DNA of 40,779 bases from Octopus bimaculoides (taxonomy: Eukaryota): the NCBI RefSeq assembly GCF_001194135.2, contig NC_069000.1, forward strand, positions 35,844,786 to 35,885,564, given 5' to 3'. Below, piece after piece: positions 21,044 to 33,530 of the stretch. The translations under genes were made by a program, and so were the position numbers. The notes beneath the pieces were generated by a model. The model had not been told where the DNA came from. It was given only the letters and a program-made list of their open reading frames with translations, and did not search any database. Position 1 is the first letter of the stretch. Each line of letters begins with the position of its first letter.

Positions 21044-22271
21044 ATATATATATATATATATATATATGCAGCAGTGAACTAGACCCAGTTCGCATAACCT
21101 AGTTCTTGAAGTTTCTTTTAAAAAGAGAATCTATTAACATTTTACTGGGGAAAAATTATGAAGTTAATGATGCTATGGAATCAAAAGACTTATCCACCTA
21201 CACTTGGAATTTTGTGGCCTCCATAAACTGTTTTGAAGTGAAAGTTGCTCACTTTTTTTTAGTTTCTAATTTTTTTTTCTATTTTAATATTAGGTTCGGA
21301 AAATTGGTAAAGTTTATTTGCTGTAATGAGGATGAAGAACTGTACATGGTTATATATATCTGTGTATACATGAATGTTTAGCTTTCTCACTGGTGTTTTT
21401 TTTTATATTTCATTTATTTATTTATTTATTTTGCTCACTTGTCATTAGGAATAGAGAATATGACATCAATTGTAAGGTGTGGTTGATAGGAAGATTATTA
21501 TTGTTGTTAGTAATGAAAACAGCATCTTAGATATAATTGTTTGTGTTCTGTTATCCAGTAGTGTTGCTAGAGTGTGGGCTGCTCAGGGTAGCCCTTGTGT
21601 TTACTGCCCTCCCTGCACCAATACATCCTATATACGCTTTATACAGTAGAGCTAACAGTGCCCCAGTCCCCATAAAAGTGTCACATGGAGTGGACCCCTC
21701 TTTGTCATTGCTCCCTACCACCTTAGTTGTTACCAAACTGAGGAAACCAGTTCAATCTCAGCTGCATCACAAAATAATTAGATTTTCTGCTAAAAAAATT
21801 TTAGCTTGATTTTAGCCATTGTGCTAGAGTAATTTAGAAGCACTGCCTCAAGAGTCAAATATTCTTTCTTTTATGGATTTTTTTCGCATATATCCAAGTT
21901 TCCAGTATTCTTGTTTGGTTATTCGGTGTACATGGCATCTCTAGTTAATGCATCAGCAAAACAGTGGAGGTTATTCTAGGTCATAGTAGCTTTTCTGGTT
22001 TAGTATGTTTTAGTGAAATGCAACTTGATACTGTTTAAAAGTCTCAGAGGAAACAATGACTTTGACCACATTTTGTTATCTTTTGGGAGATGCACTACCA
22101 ATGATATTTAAATGCCAAACTGTTGTCATATAGGTTCCTGCTGTGAGAGTTTGAGGGAGCGTGTGTTGGGATCTGGGGAGGCATTCCCATTCCTCTTGCT
22201 TTTTCTCTTTTGTATGTCAAAGTTTTCAACAAAATTTATGAAAATCTTCCTCACGTGTTGTATGGCATATA

Positions 22272-22680
22272 CCGTAAATCCTCGAGTATAATCCGCACTT
22301 TTTTCCCAAAATTTAAAGGTCAAAACTTCTAGTGCTTACTATATATGAGGTTAAAAATGAAAAACATTTTCTAAGTGATATATGTGAAGGCAATTTACTT
22401 AATATTTATTTTTCACTGACGTTATTACTGTTATTTCTTTATTTTCTGCAAACAAAGTACACAAAAAAGCTACATGTTTGCATTATGTTATAAATACAAT
22501 AATAATAAAGGACGTTACCGTATATACGTTTACAAACCAAAGACGTTATATAGACCTCCTTGACTCAAGTTAGAGAAGCGGTGCGTATTATACACAATGT
22601 TTAGGTTTTTCAGAGGTACAGCCCCCTAAAAATCCCCTGCGTATTATACTCAAGGGCGGACTATACTTGAGGATTTACGG
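22272..22680. mobile_element. Tc1/mariner-superfamily (Tc2/pogo-like) MITE, 409 bp
   Basis: TA|CCGTAAATCCTCGAGTATAATCCGC ... GCGGACTATACTTGAGGATTTACGG|TA. The 25-bp TIR has 2 mismatches and the TSD is TA. Confidence 0.92.
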
Positions 22681-23609
22681 TAGTTCTTCCCAGTGTTCCA
22701 AATGCATCAAAGCATTCACTGCCAAGATCTCCAGCTTTGTTTTTGTTATCTCTTCAGTTGGTTGGAAAGACTCAGAATGCTAAGAGATCATAGCTGTTAG
22801 TAGTAGTCTTTCTTGTCTCTATCTTGTTCAAAACATGGGATTTCTAGAGCATCACTATTACATTAGAGTCTCTCATAGTAAATGTCCTCGGTACCTAGCC
22901 ACTGACATCTGGACAGATTGCCATCAGTTTGTGAAAAGGTTTCGAGGAACATGCTTCTGAATTCAAAGCTGTCTCAGGTCACAGACATGCTTAGAGTATT
23001 TGAAATGCTTCCCTGTTTGAGGCAAAGTAGAACATTTCATTAAGATCCTCTTTCCATTGTGAAGGAAGACATGGAATTATGTGGTATTGAACAACGTGCT
23101 ATTGTTTTTGTTGTGTGGTATATAGTGACTAGGTCTTGTTGGGGAACATATATTATTGTTTATTTTGATCTCAACTATCACTTTAGTATGATCTACATAA
23201 CTGTTAGGTATGGATGGCTATGATTTTGTGACTGACATTATGATGAACAAAGCAGGACCCAGAATGGTGTTTTGTGCTACTTATTATTCTATAGACTTTT
23301 TAAATAGAGTTCTGTTGGCATGTCAGAATTTGACATCAGTTTTACTGGTATCAGAAATTTGAGAGCTTGACATTCCTATTATGCCAAAGCTTGTGACAAG
23401 TTTTCATGGTTGATCTTGTTAAAAGCTTAAGTAAAATCAAAGTATATGCAATCAACCCTTGATGTAATTACCAAAGTCTTTAGAATTTTGTATTGTAGAA
23501 ACTGAGTTCAACAATTGTGTCCAATCTGTACCAGCATGGAAAACAAACACAAGCTGATGATGATAATGTTAATCTGTGTGTATGTGTCTGCATGCATGCT
23601 ACAGATAGG

Positions 23610-23994
23610 TGTGGTTGGCACTCAATCGGTTACGACGACGAGGGTTCCAGTTGATCCGATCAATGGAACAGCCTGCTCGTGAAATTAACGTGCAAGTGGT
23701 TGAGCACTCCACAGACACGTGTACCCTTAACGTAGTTCTTGAGGAGGTTCAGCGTGACACAGCGTGACAAGGCTGACCCTTTGAAATACAGGTACAACAA
23801 AAACAGGAAGAAAGAATGAGAGAAAGTTGTGGTGAAAGAGTACAGCAGGGTTCGCCACCATCCCTACCGGAGCCTCGTGGAGCTTTTAGGTGTTTTCGCC
23901 CAATAAACGCTCACAACGCCCGGTCTGGAAATCGAAACCGCGATCCTACGACTGCGAGTCCGCTGCCCTAACCACTGGGCCATTGCGCCTCCAC
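23610..23994 (-). mobile_element. SINE family B, full length with TSD
   Basis: Reverse complement of 24836-25221. TSD ACAGATAGG at 23601-23609 and 23995-24003. Confidence 0.92.
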
Positions 23995-24021
23995 ACAGAT
24001 AGGCACTCAATATTAATAGAA

Positions 24022-25297
24022 CAAGGTGCATTATAGAAGTTTTGAGACTTTTTCAGGAGAGACATTTATTAATTTCAAAGAAGTATAAGACACTAATCTA
24101 TTTCAAAATAGGATCCTCAGGCTTCAATGCACTTGTAGTGCTTCAGCCACTTTGTAATGGCCCCCATGGAAGTCCTCAAAGTGAAGGTATCCAGGACCCT
24201 TGTCACAGTCTCCTTCATTTTCTTCTTCAGCTTGGGGAACAACCAAAAGTCACAGGGAGCAAGGTCTGGACTGTAGGGAGAGTGAGGGACAGTTTTGTTG
24301 CTCCTCTCTGTCAAGTGGTTGGTTACCAGGATGGAAATGTGGACTGGTGCATTGTCCTGGTACAAGTGCTCTGGCCTTTTGCAATGAAATCTCTTCCTAA
24401 ACTCCCTAAAAACCTATACAAAATATTCTTTATTGACCATCTGGCCAGAGGGGATCCAGTGGATAAGATGATGCCTTTTCTGTTGAAAAGGGGATCATCA
24501 GAAGCTTCCTGGTGGACTGGCTTTGCCTGGCCTCTTGTGCCAGCAAAAAAAAAAAACGGATGCTTAGCTCATACAAGTTAATCCATAAGCAGTCTGTAAC
24601 ATTTCATAAGTTTCTGAAGCATTTTCCCCCCATTTTGAAACCAAACTTTATTGCATAGCCAGCTTCCAAATAGTCTTCATGTCTCAACTGCATTCTGCAA
24701 ACTAGTCAGCTATGACAAGCAGTGTTTGGTAGGGTGTGGTTAAAGCACTGTTACAGCCATCTCCTTCAATTTGTAATAACAATAGATGGCAGGTCAGCTT
24801 ATTAGATGTATAGTAATGATATACTAAAATCACAAGTGGAGGCGCAATGGCCCAGTGGTTAGGGCAGCGGACTGGTGGTCATAGGATCGCGGTTTCAATT
24901 CCCAGACCGGGCGTTGTGAGTGTTTATTGAGCGAAAACACCTAAAGCTCCACGAGGCACCGGCAGGGTATGGTGGCGAACCCTGCTGTACTCTTCCACCA
25001 CAACTTTCTCTCACTCTTACTTCCTGTTTCTGTTGTGCCTGTAATTCAAAGGGTCAGCCTTGTCACACTGTGTCACGCTGAATATCCTCGAGAACTACGT
25101 TAAGGGTACACGTGTCTGTGGAGTGCTCAGCTACTTGCATGTTAATTTCACGAGCAGGCTGTTCCGTTGATCGGATCAACTGGAACCCTCAACGTCGTAA
25201 GCGACAGAGTGCCAACAGAACACTAAAATTACAATAATCTAGGACAGTTATAACTGCCTCTCCTAAAAATTTCTCAAAACTTCTGGAATGCACCTTG
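24022..25297 (-). mobile_element. Internally deleted mariner (DD34D) transposon with a nested SINE; transposase is a pseudogene
   Basis: TIR CAAGGTGCATT(AT/CC)AGAAGTTTTGAGA at both ends and TA at 25298-25299. Minus-strand remnants YAIKFGFKMG/NASETYEMLQTAYG, a KARQ..S.RKLLMIPF-like segment, and QDNAPVH...PHSPYSPDLAPCDFWLFPKLK with 34 residues between the two Asp. The middle containing the first catalytic Asp is absent. Confidence 0.92.
24836..25221 (+). mobile_element. SINE family B nested in the mariner, with TSD
   Basis: TSD ACTAAAAT(C/T)ACAA at 24823-24835 and 25222-25234. Intact tRNA-like head. Confidence 0.93.
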
Positions 25298-26200
25298 TAT
25301 ATTTTTTTAAAGTTGTGTAAATGACATATATCTAATTCAAACATTGAATATGAATATGGGAATTATGTAAATGTGAATACAGTTTTATTTCATTCAAAAA
25401 TATTTTTAACCATAATATATTATTTTTTATTTTTGAAATACTTCAATTCTTTAAAATATTTTGTAAAATGAGTAGGACCCCTAAGTATCAGAAGCTAAAC
25501 CACACTTGGAAATAACATCATTTTTATAATGTATGGAAACCAGCATGCCCATAGGAAATACATGCATCCAAATATTGGAATTGCAATATATGCTGTGACA
25601 AGGAAATGATATTAAAAGTTGTGGTGAGCCCTAGCTTTATATGATATTAGTTATGTTCTCATCATTATAACCTTGAGAATTCTGAACATTGTCATGTTGG
25701 CACCTCAGGATACTCAATGTTCTTGATTTTACCATCATGAGTATATTGAACAAATAGACTACAGATAAACTGCAGGAGGCTTCCAGCACTTGTGTTGAAA
25801 GTGTGAGTGTGTAAGAATATGAATAGCATGGAGATGCTGTTCAATTTGAACAACATAATTTGAACAAAATTTCAACTCCTTCCATAGTCTTCCATTGCAT
25901 TTTACACAGCTTTATATGTGCAACGTTTGTTGCTATATGCACTGAATTTATGCAGTGCTTAATAGCATTTAACTAGTTAATATTGTGTTGCTTGTTCTGT
26001 TGACTGGTTTTTAGATAATGATGAACACCAGTATTCTTCCTCAGTACCCTGTTAGCTAAATACGCATCAGAGTGCTACTGAGTTAATTGCCAGGATTACT
26101 GATACCTCTCCTACTTGATATATATATATATAAACTTAGTTTGTGCTTCTCTTTCAGATTTATGATTTACTGATGATATACATGTATGCACATATATATA

Positions 26201-26585
26201 AGTGGCTGTGTGGTAAGTAGTTTGCTTTCCAACCACTTGGTTTCGGATTCAGTCCCACTGCATGGCACCTTGGGCAAGTGTCTTCTACTATAGTCTCAGG
26301 CTACCAAAGCTTTGTGAGTTGATATGGTAAATGGAAACTGAAAGAAGCCTGTTGTATGTGTGTGTGTGTGTGTGTGTGTTTGTCCCCCCACCATGGTTTG
26401 ACAACTGATGTTGGTGTATTTACGTCCCTGTAACTTAGTAGTTAAGCAAAAGAGACCAATAGAATAAGTACTAGGCTTACAAAGAATAAGTCCTGGGGTT
26501 GATTTGTTCGACTAAAAGGCAGTGCTCCATCATGGCCACAGTCAAATTACTGAAACAAGTAAAAGAATGAAAGAAAAGAAAAAGA
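26201..26585 (+). mobile_element. SINE family A
   Basis: Aligns by eye with 20685-21043 and keeps the A-rich tail. Confidence 0.9.
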
Positions 26586-26740
26586 ATATACATACATATA
26601 TGTGTATATATATACATATGTATATATGTGTGTTTATATGTGTATATATATATGTATATATATGTATATGTATATATGTATGTATGTATATATGTGTATG
26701 TATGTATGTATATGTATGTGTATATATATATGTATATGTA
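26586..26740. repeat. (TA/TATG)n low-complexity spacer
   Basis: Directly visible. Confidence 0.9.
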
Positions 26741-27122
26741 TTTTACTGGTTTCAGTCCTCTGACTGCGGCCATGCTGGAGCACTGCCTTTAGTCGAGCAA
26801 ATTGACCCCAGGACATATTTTTTGTAAGCCGAGTACTTATTTCTATTGGTCTATTTTGCCAAACCACTAAGTTACGAGGAGACAAACACAGTCACAGAAA
26901 CATACACACACACACACACATGTATATACGATGGGCTTCTTTCAGTTTCCGTCTACCAAATCCAATCACAAGGTTTTGGTTGGCCCGAGGCTATAGCAGA
27001 AGACACTTGCCCAAGGTACCACACAGTGGGACTGAACCTGGAACCATGTGGTTGGTAAGCAAGCTACTTACCACACAGCCACTCCTGCACCTATACTTAC
27101 CATACAGCCACTCCTGTGCCTA
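26741..27122 (-). mobile_element. SINE family A with a tandemly duplicated 5' head
   Basis: Reverse complement of family A. CAGCCACTCCTG(CA/TG)CCTATA occurs twice at about 27076-27123. Confidence 0.9.
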
Positions 27123-27282
27123 TATATATATAAATATTTGTTTTTATGTTCACCTATAGCAAAAACTATTTTACATTAATCTGATTGGTTATACTATAGT
27201 TTTGTAGCTGTCCAAAACTTTGAAGTCGCTATCAACATCATTCTTATTTAAGAATAATAAATATAATATATTTATATATATT

Positions 27283-27484
27283 TTTTAACTTGTTTCAGTT
27301 ATTTGACTGTGGCTATGCTGGTGCACCGCCTTTAGTCGAACAAATCGATCTCAGGACTTATTCTTTGTAAGCCTAGTACATATTCTCTCTATCTATTTTT
27401 GCCGAACTGCTAAGTTACAGGGATGTAAACACACCAACATCAGTTGTCAAGCGATGGAGGGAGGGGGGGCAAACACAGACACAC

Positions 27485-27529
<45 letters not shown>

Positions 27530-27720
27530 NNNNNNNNNNNNNNNNNNNNNNNTATACATGATGGGCTTCTTTCAGTTTCTGTGTACCAAATCCACTCACA
27601 AGGCTTTGATCGAGGATATAGTAGAAGACACTTGCCCAAGGTGGCATGCTGTGGGACTGAACCTGGAACCATGTGGTTGGGAAGCAAGCTTCTTACCACA
27701 TAGCCATGCCTGTGCTTACA
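27283..27720 (-). mobile_element. SINE family A with an assembly gap (27530-27552, 23 N) in its internal (TA)n
   Basis: Family A tail and head flank the (TA)n and N run. Confidence 0.88.
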
Positions 27721-28664
27721 TATGTATATATTTAAATGACATTGGATCTTTCATTGTGTTTATATTGTCACTTTTAATTTATGCTCAGCATTGAGTAAGA
27801 AAACGGACTATAGATTACTCTCTTTTGTGTTTGGCATGTTCTTATTTCCTCTGAATGTTAGAGAAACACAGTGGCTTATCAATTATGTCAGACAGCTGTT
27901 GAAGGCTTTATGCAAACAAGAATTTGATCACTTTTAAGAAGTAAACATCATATTTTGAAAGGACAACAATATACAGGGTTTTACAAATAAGTGTGGAAAA
28001 TGTGAAATGGAAATGGCCCAGAGTGTATACTTCAAACACAGAATAGATGTGTTTAGAATGAATAAAATAGCTTCCACATGGTCACTTAGCCTGCCAAAAA
28101 TAACAGCTAAGTCTCTTCCTAATCACACACTACTATCTTCAAAAAATTACACATTGGATAACGTAGTAGTCTTTAAAAAATATTAAATGGATATTTTAAA
28201 ATAATTATGACTAGAGAGAGAGAAAAAAAACTTCCAAAAAATATATTTATTTTTTCAAAGTGTCTGAAACAATTGGAAAAAAGATTTAAAAAGGAAAAAT
28301 CTTATTAATGTTACTTCACATTCCTATGTTCATTTAATCAGTTCAGTATTGATTGAATAACTTTGGCTGATGTGGCCTCCCTCATTATGCTCACTGGATG
28401 ACTTAATTCTAATAATCTGCTTGAGTGAATTGAAGAAAAGGAATCATCTGATTAGAGAGGAATTAAATAAATAAATAAATAAATAAATAAAAGTACAATT
28501 GCAAGCTTTAAGAGTTTGAACATATATTAGATCAGCAACAGTAATCAGGTTCAATTAGCTAATATGAGTTACTTAGTTTGTTTGTGTGTTTGTTTTTATT
28601 GATAAGGCACGTGTTCAGTACTTTTGGTCCTTATTGTAATTTTCTAATGTAATGAGTAATCAGT

Positions 28665-28704
<40 letters not shown>

Positions 28705-28867
28705 TGTATTACATTTATAACTATATAAACATGTTTACTTGTTCTTATCACTGGTTGTAATAGATAATGTAATTAGCGACGGATTGAGCTAGTGATTGTA
28801 TATTGATTAGAATCTAAAAGTTTAACCCTTTAGCATTTAAACTGACCAAATTCAGCTCAAATACCCT

Positions 28868-29156
28868 GTCTGTTCTTAACATTTGTGTGCTGTCCAATTC
28901 TGGCACCTGTTGTGCTTGATCTATTTCATCAGACATGAGTGCTATATCATCTGGTCACTTCATGCGCCACTCTGAGCTGGAAGCATCCACATTAGTCTTG
29001 TTAGAACCCACTTACATCAACAGCTTGATTACAGACACTGGACACTGGCCTGGAATGTATTCAGAATCTCTGGGAGTGATGTAGGACTGAAAAGTGTGGC
29101 AGATGGACTTTGTTGTTGCAGCCTAGGTTGGTACCTGGTCATAAAAAAAAAAAAAA
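28868..29156 (-). pseudogene. Decayed RTE reverse-transcriptase fragment
   Basis: Minus-strand translation includes ITPRDSEY and *PDDIALMSDEIDQAQQ, resembling the RTE ITPDGxTE and (F/Y)ADDIALLSxxxxQAQ motifs. A14 run on the plus strand at 29143-29156. Confidence 0.55.
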
Positions 29157-29286
29157 TCCTACCTGTTTTATGTTTAACCCATCCAGATCCTTTCACACAT
29201 GCCCCTACGGTGTCATTCTATGACTAAACATTCATATCATTGAGATCTCGAAGCTACGAGATAATGCATGATTGATTCAATACAAT

Positions 29287-29580
29287 ACTGGTGCCACATA
29301 AAAAGCATCCAGTCCACATTGTAAAGTAGTTGGCATTTGGAAGGACATCTAGCTGTAAAAACCATGTCCTCACCTATGCTGGTGCCATGTAAAAAGCACT
29401 CAGTCCACTCTGCTTAGTGGTTGGTATTAGGAAGGGCATCCAACCATAAAAACCATGCCAAAACAGACACAGTAGCCTGGTGTAGTCTTCTACCTGGCTG
29501 GCTCCTGTCAAACCGTCCAACCCATGCCAGCCTGGAAGGCAGATGTTAAGCAATGATGATGATGATGATGATGATGATGA
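29287..29580 (+). mobile_element. RTE LINE 3' end with a duplicated unit
   Basis: Two copies of GGTGCCA(C/T)(A/G)TAAAAAGCA...GGAAGG.CATC..., then CCAACCCATGCCAGC and (GAT)n. Confidence 0.85.
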
Positions 29581-30715
29581 ATGTGGATAGATAAGTATAT
29601 TAATCTTAAGTAAACTGAATGCTAAACGGTTAAGTTGGTTGAAAAAAAATTTTCAAGGAACTGCAACTTATTGTTTAACCCTAGGTTACTCTTGACTGGT
29701 CAAAGATGTTCTATAAGACTAAAGATGTTCCAACTGCTTTTTGACAACTACATAAAGGCACCTTTAAAGAATTAAATTGCTGTTTGTATCAAAAGCTGGC
29801 TGTATGCAGTATAAGCAAGATACACACACACACACACACATGTAAGTAATGGTGAGAGTACTATATACTAGTGAAACATTTGCTCAGTTGTTGTCGATGA
29901 TGGTGGTGGTGGTGGTGATATGATGATGATGCAGCAATCAGAGAGAATTATTTGGTTTATTAGATTTGCAAGGCTAAATGCGAGGGAGTCAGTAAATTTA
30001 ATTTAGTGATTTATCATTGAATTTATTGTTTGAAAAATTGGACTGTGAAATGTGAAAATACATCATGCAGTGAAGATTAATGTGTTAGAAGTAGAACAAG
30101 TAAGATAGACGTGAGAGGAAATAACCAAATCAAAAGTAAATTTAAGCTCACCTTTTCATATTTCTGTAAAAGACTGTTTTAAACAGTTCATATACCTAAT
30201 ATCTAGTTTATCATGTTTATTTATGTTCCACAGTCTTGAGCCATGGACTAGAGGTTAGCAGCATTAGGATTATGCATGAGTAAAATTCAAAAGCTCCGAT
30301 CCTTTCTGAATGTGTACAAATATTGCACTGGATAATGAAGAAAATGCTCAAAACTTGGTGATTTTACTAAACAGAGAAAGTGAAGTTTGTTGTTTAAACA
30401 TTTTTAGTCTATCAGTACATCTATTCTGATTTATTATTTATTCATTCATTCACTGATCTGGGATAACGCAATACACTCATTGTGAACCATGTTAAGCTTA
30501 TCATGAATTCATCTGTGCCAACATGGGTTGGCAATCAGTCAACGATTCTGCTTTGACTGCAAAAGCAGGCCCCAGCGACCATCCATAATGCTCAGGACAA
30601 CATGGGGTCTTGGAATGAAACCTATTTTTTACATATGTTCTATTATTCATTTATCACTGATTTGTTTAACACTGTTTTTCTTTTTCCAACAAATGCCTGT
30701 AGTAAATGAGGATAT

Positions 30716-30870
30716 CGTCATCATTATCAACAACATTTAATGTCTGTTTTCCATGATGGCGTGAGTTGGATGGTTTGACAGGAACTAGCAATGCCAGGGG
30801 CCACCCCGGGTTCCATAGTTTGTTTTGGCTTGGTTTCTACAGCTGGATATTGCTTCCTAATGCCAAGACA
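30716..30870 (-). mobile_element. RTE LINE 3' end, short and diverged
   Basis: (CAT)-like tail, TTTCCATGATGGC..GAGTTGGATGG, TTTCTACAGCTGGAT. Confidence 0.75.
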
Positions 30871-31049
30871 GATGTATTAATAATTCCTCTACCTAATAAA
30901 GACATATAGGTGAAATAAACAATCACAGGATCGAAATATGTGAAAAAACATTCTTTTTGTTAAACCAAGTCATAAGGAAATTCAGTTAGGATCTCTGTAA
31001 ATGGTTGCTTAATTTGCTAAAGATAACTAGCTGGCACTCTTTTGATTAC

Positions 31050-31350
31050 AACAATGGGTGTTCCATTTGACCTGATCAATGGGACAGCCTGCTCAGGATA
31101 TTAACATGCAAGTGGCTGAGTATTCCACAGACACATGTACCCATAACACAGTTCTCGGGGAGATTCAGCACGACACAGAGTGTGACAAGGCTTGAAATAC
31201 AGGTACTACTCATTTTTGCTAGCCGAGTGGACTGGAATAATGTGAAATAAAGTGTCTTGCTCAAGGACACAACACACCATTGGGAATTGAACTCATGACC
31301 TTATGATCCTGAGCCAGATACCCAAACCACTAAGCCATGTGCCTTCACAC
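31050..31350 (-). mobile_element. SINE family B relative
   Basis: GGGACAGCCTGCTC...GCAAGTGGCTGAG..CTCCACAGACAC ... AACCACTAAGCCATGTGCCTTCAC. Confidence 0.8.
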
Positions 31351-33003
31351 AATTAGCTTAAGTTAGCAGACTAATCTCCCACAAACCACAATCTTTTGTG
31401 TTAGAAAAAGGATACATTGGGTAATGTATTCTACTGCCTGAAGAAAAAAAAAAGAAGAAAATAGAATAAAATGAACAAACAAAAGACCCCAGATAAGATG
31501 GTTATGGCTGGGGTAACTCTGAGTACATGTCTGTTCTGTAAAGATTGACTTTGGATTGAAAAATAAATTGTCAAAGCGTTGTTTTTAATGCATAAAATTA
31601 TTTGACTCTTATTTCATTGAATCATTTATTAAATTGACAATAAACACATCAAAGCAACTGTACTCAGAATACATTCATCTTGATTATGATCATCATCATT
31701 TTTATATCTGCTTTTCCATGCTGGCATGGATTGGATAAGTTATGAACTTAATCCTTATTCAGAGTTACTGCCCTCCTAGTTGGATTAGGAGCCATGTCTT
31801 GTAGGTTCCATTGTCAGCTTGTGTTTTTGTTTTTTTTTGTAGATGCATAACTTTCCTATTGTCAATCGATTTTATTTTCTTGGTTATATTGTATTTTCAA
31901 AATATGTCCTGAAGTGGACCACCAACACTACTACTACATTCCATGCTTGATCATCAACAGTACTAGAGATGATATCATGTTTTATCTTGATACATCAACA
32001 ACCTTAAAGGGTTGACTGAGTGCTTATTTATGGCACTAGCACTAGAGAGGTTGTCTTAACTCCGGCAAGACTAAAAGTAACCTCTCTGTCATACATTGTT
32101 TCTTTTCATTCACCAACCGCTAAGTATACTGAGAGTATAGTGACACTAACCTTAACACCATAAAGGTTGTCTTGCTTTGGCAAGATTAATGAATCTTCTT
32201 ATCCTATATAATCTCTGTTCATTTATTCAACAGCATGTAAGGTTGCTTCATCTCCAACAGGTAGGAGCCAGTGATGTAAGAGGACCAAAGCAAGGTGATT
32301 AGAGGAGAGCATTATGGAAAAGGTGTGATAAGAGTGGGAGGGTGATAGTGAGGAAAATAAGAGTAAGAGTGAATGTGTGATAGACATTTACATGACGATA
32401 TGATGATTGTTGGTGAGGAGATCCAATAGAAATGGTATGGTCAGCAAGTGGGAGAGAGAGAGAGAGAGAGAGAAAGAGAGTGAGTGATGGATGTCAAGAA
32501 TGAGTGACAGAGTAATGTAATTATGGGATAGCATTGTAATAATTTTGAGTGCTATTTAAAGAAAGAAGTATTTGTGTTTAGCCATTTAAGACTCAGTTCA
32601 AACATGAAATGATAAGTCTCTGTAAGGTCTTTTGATCTGCAGGAAATAGCAGCCAAATTTCTCACATAAATCTATACTCAAATCACACTCTATTGTCTTA
32701 AAGAAAAAGGAACAACATATTAGATATTCCTAGATACAAAACTGATAAAATTGCAGGATGGTCATGGCTAGAAGACATAAGTCTGCTGGATCAATGCTGA
32801 TTTGAGATTAAACAGCAACTAGCTCCTGCTGTTATGTTCATAGTAGAACACACTCATTATTCAAATCTTGGTAAACATGCAATATATGAAAGATAGACTG
32901 ACAACCACTTATCTTCTTAGCTCAAAGGTTAAGATGTTAAGTAGATTGGTCATCTAGAATCGTTGTATGTTTGCACAATGGCTTTAACCTGATAGATATT
33001 ATT

Positions 33004-33236
33004 TATTTCTTTATTGCCCACAGGGAGCTAAACATAGAGGGGACAAACAAGGACAGACAAAAGGATTAAGTCAATTACATTGACCCCAGTGTGTAACTGG
33101 TACTTATTTAATCGACCCCGAAAGGATGAAAGACAAAGTTGACCTCAGTGGAATTTGAACTCAGAATGTAATGGCAGGTGAAATACCTATAAGCATTTCA
33201 CCTGGCATGTTAACGATTCTGACAGCTTGCCGCCCT
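33004..33236 (-). mobile_element. SINE family C, full length with 16-bp TSD
   Basis: TSD CCTGATAGATATTATT at 32988-33003 and 33237-33252. Confidence 0.92.
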
Positions 33237-33530
33237 CCTGATAGATATTATTGACTATATTGAGGGGGGGCTATATTTTAAGGGTTCTTATTTTTGCATA
33301 TATTTTATTCTAATATACTTTCCAAGGTCAGAGAAATTATCTCTTAACACTTCTGTTATGATATTTCTGTTGAAATACACTCCTTCTATTTCAGTTAATT
33401 TTGAAAATAATTGGCGTTAATAAGCTAGCTGGTGGAGGGACATGGAATTTCAAGGAAGGTTTTAATTTAAATAGAGTTTATGTCATTAAGTTAAGACCAG
33501 TGTTGGGCAAGTTGATATCAAAAGGATTAA

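Larger units (their letters stand above)
28826..29629. mobile_element. piggyBac-like MITE carrying two nested inserts
   Basis: TTAA at 28822-28825 and 29630-29633, ends CCCTTTAGCATT and AATGCTAAACGG. MITE segments at 28826-28865, 29157-29286 and 29581-29629. Confidence 0.82.

Noticed and set aside
21780-23100. Very old LINE remnant around the Tc2-like MITE (HVHRITKQ..WKLGY-like translation on the minus strand)
   Set aside because: Many stops and only vague motif similarity. Not supportable without a profile search.
33176-33205. 10-bp hairpin CAGGTGAAAT/ATTTCACCTG
   Set aside because: Pre-existing tRNA-derived stem of the SINE head. CpG decay explains most of the apparent perfection.
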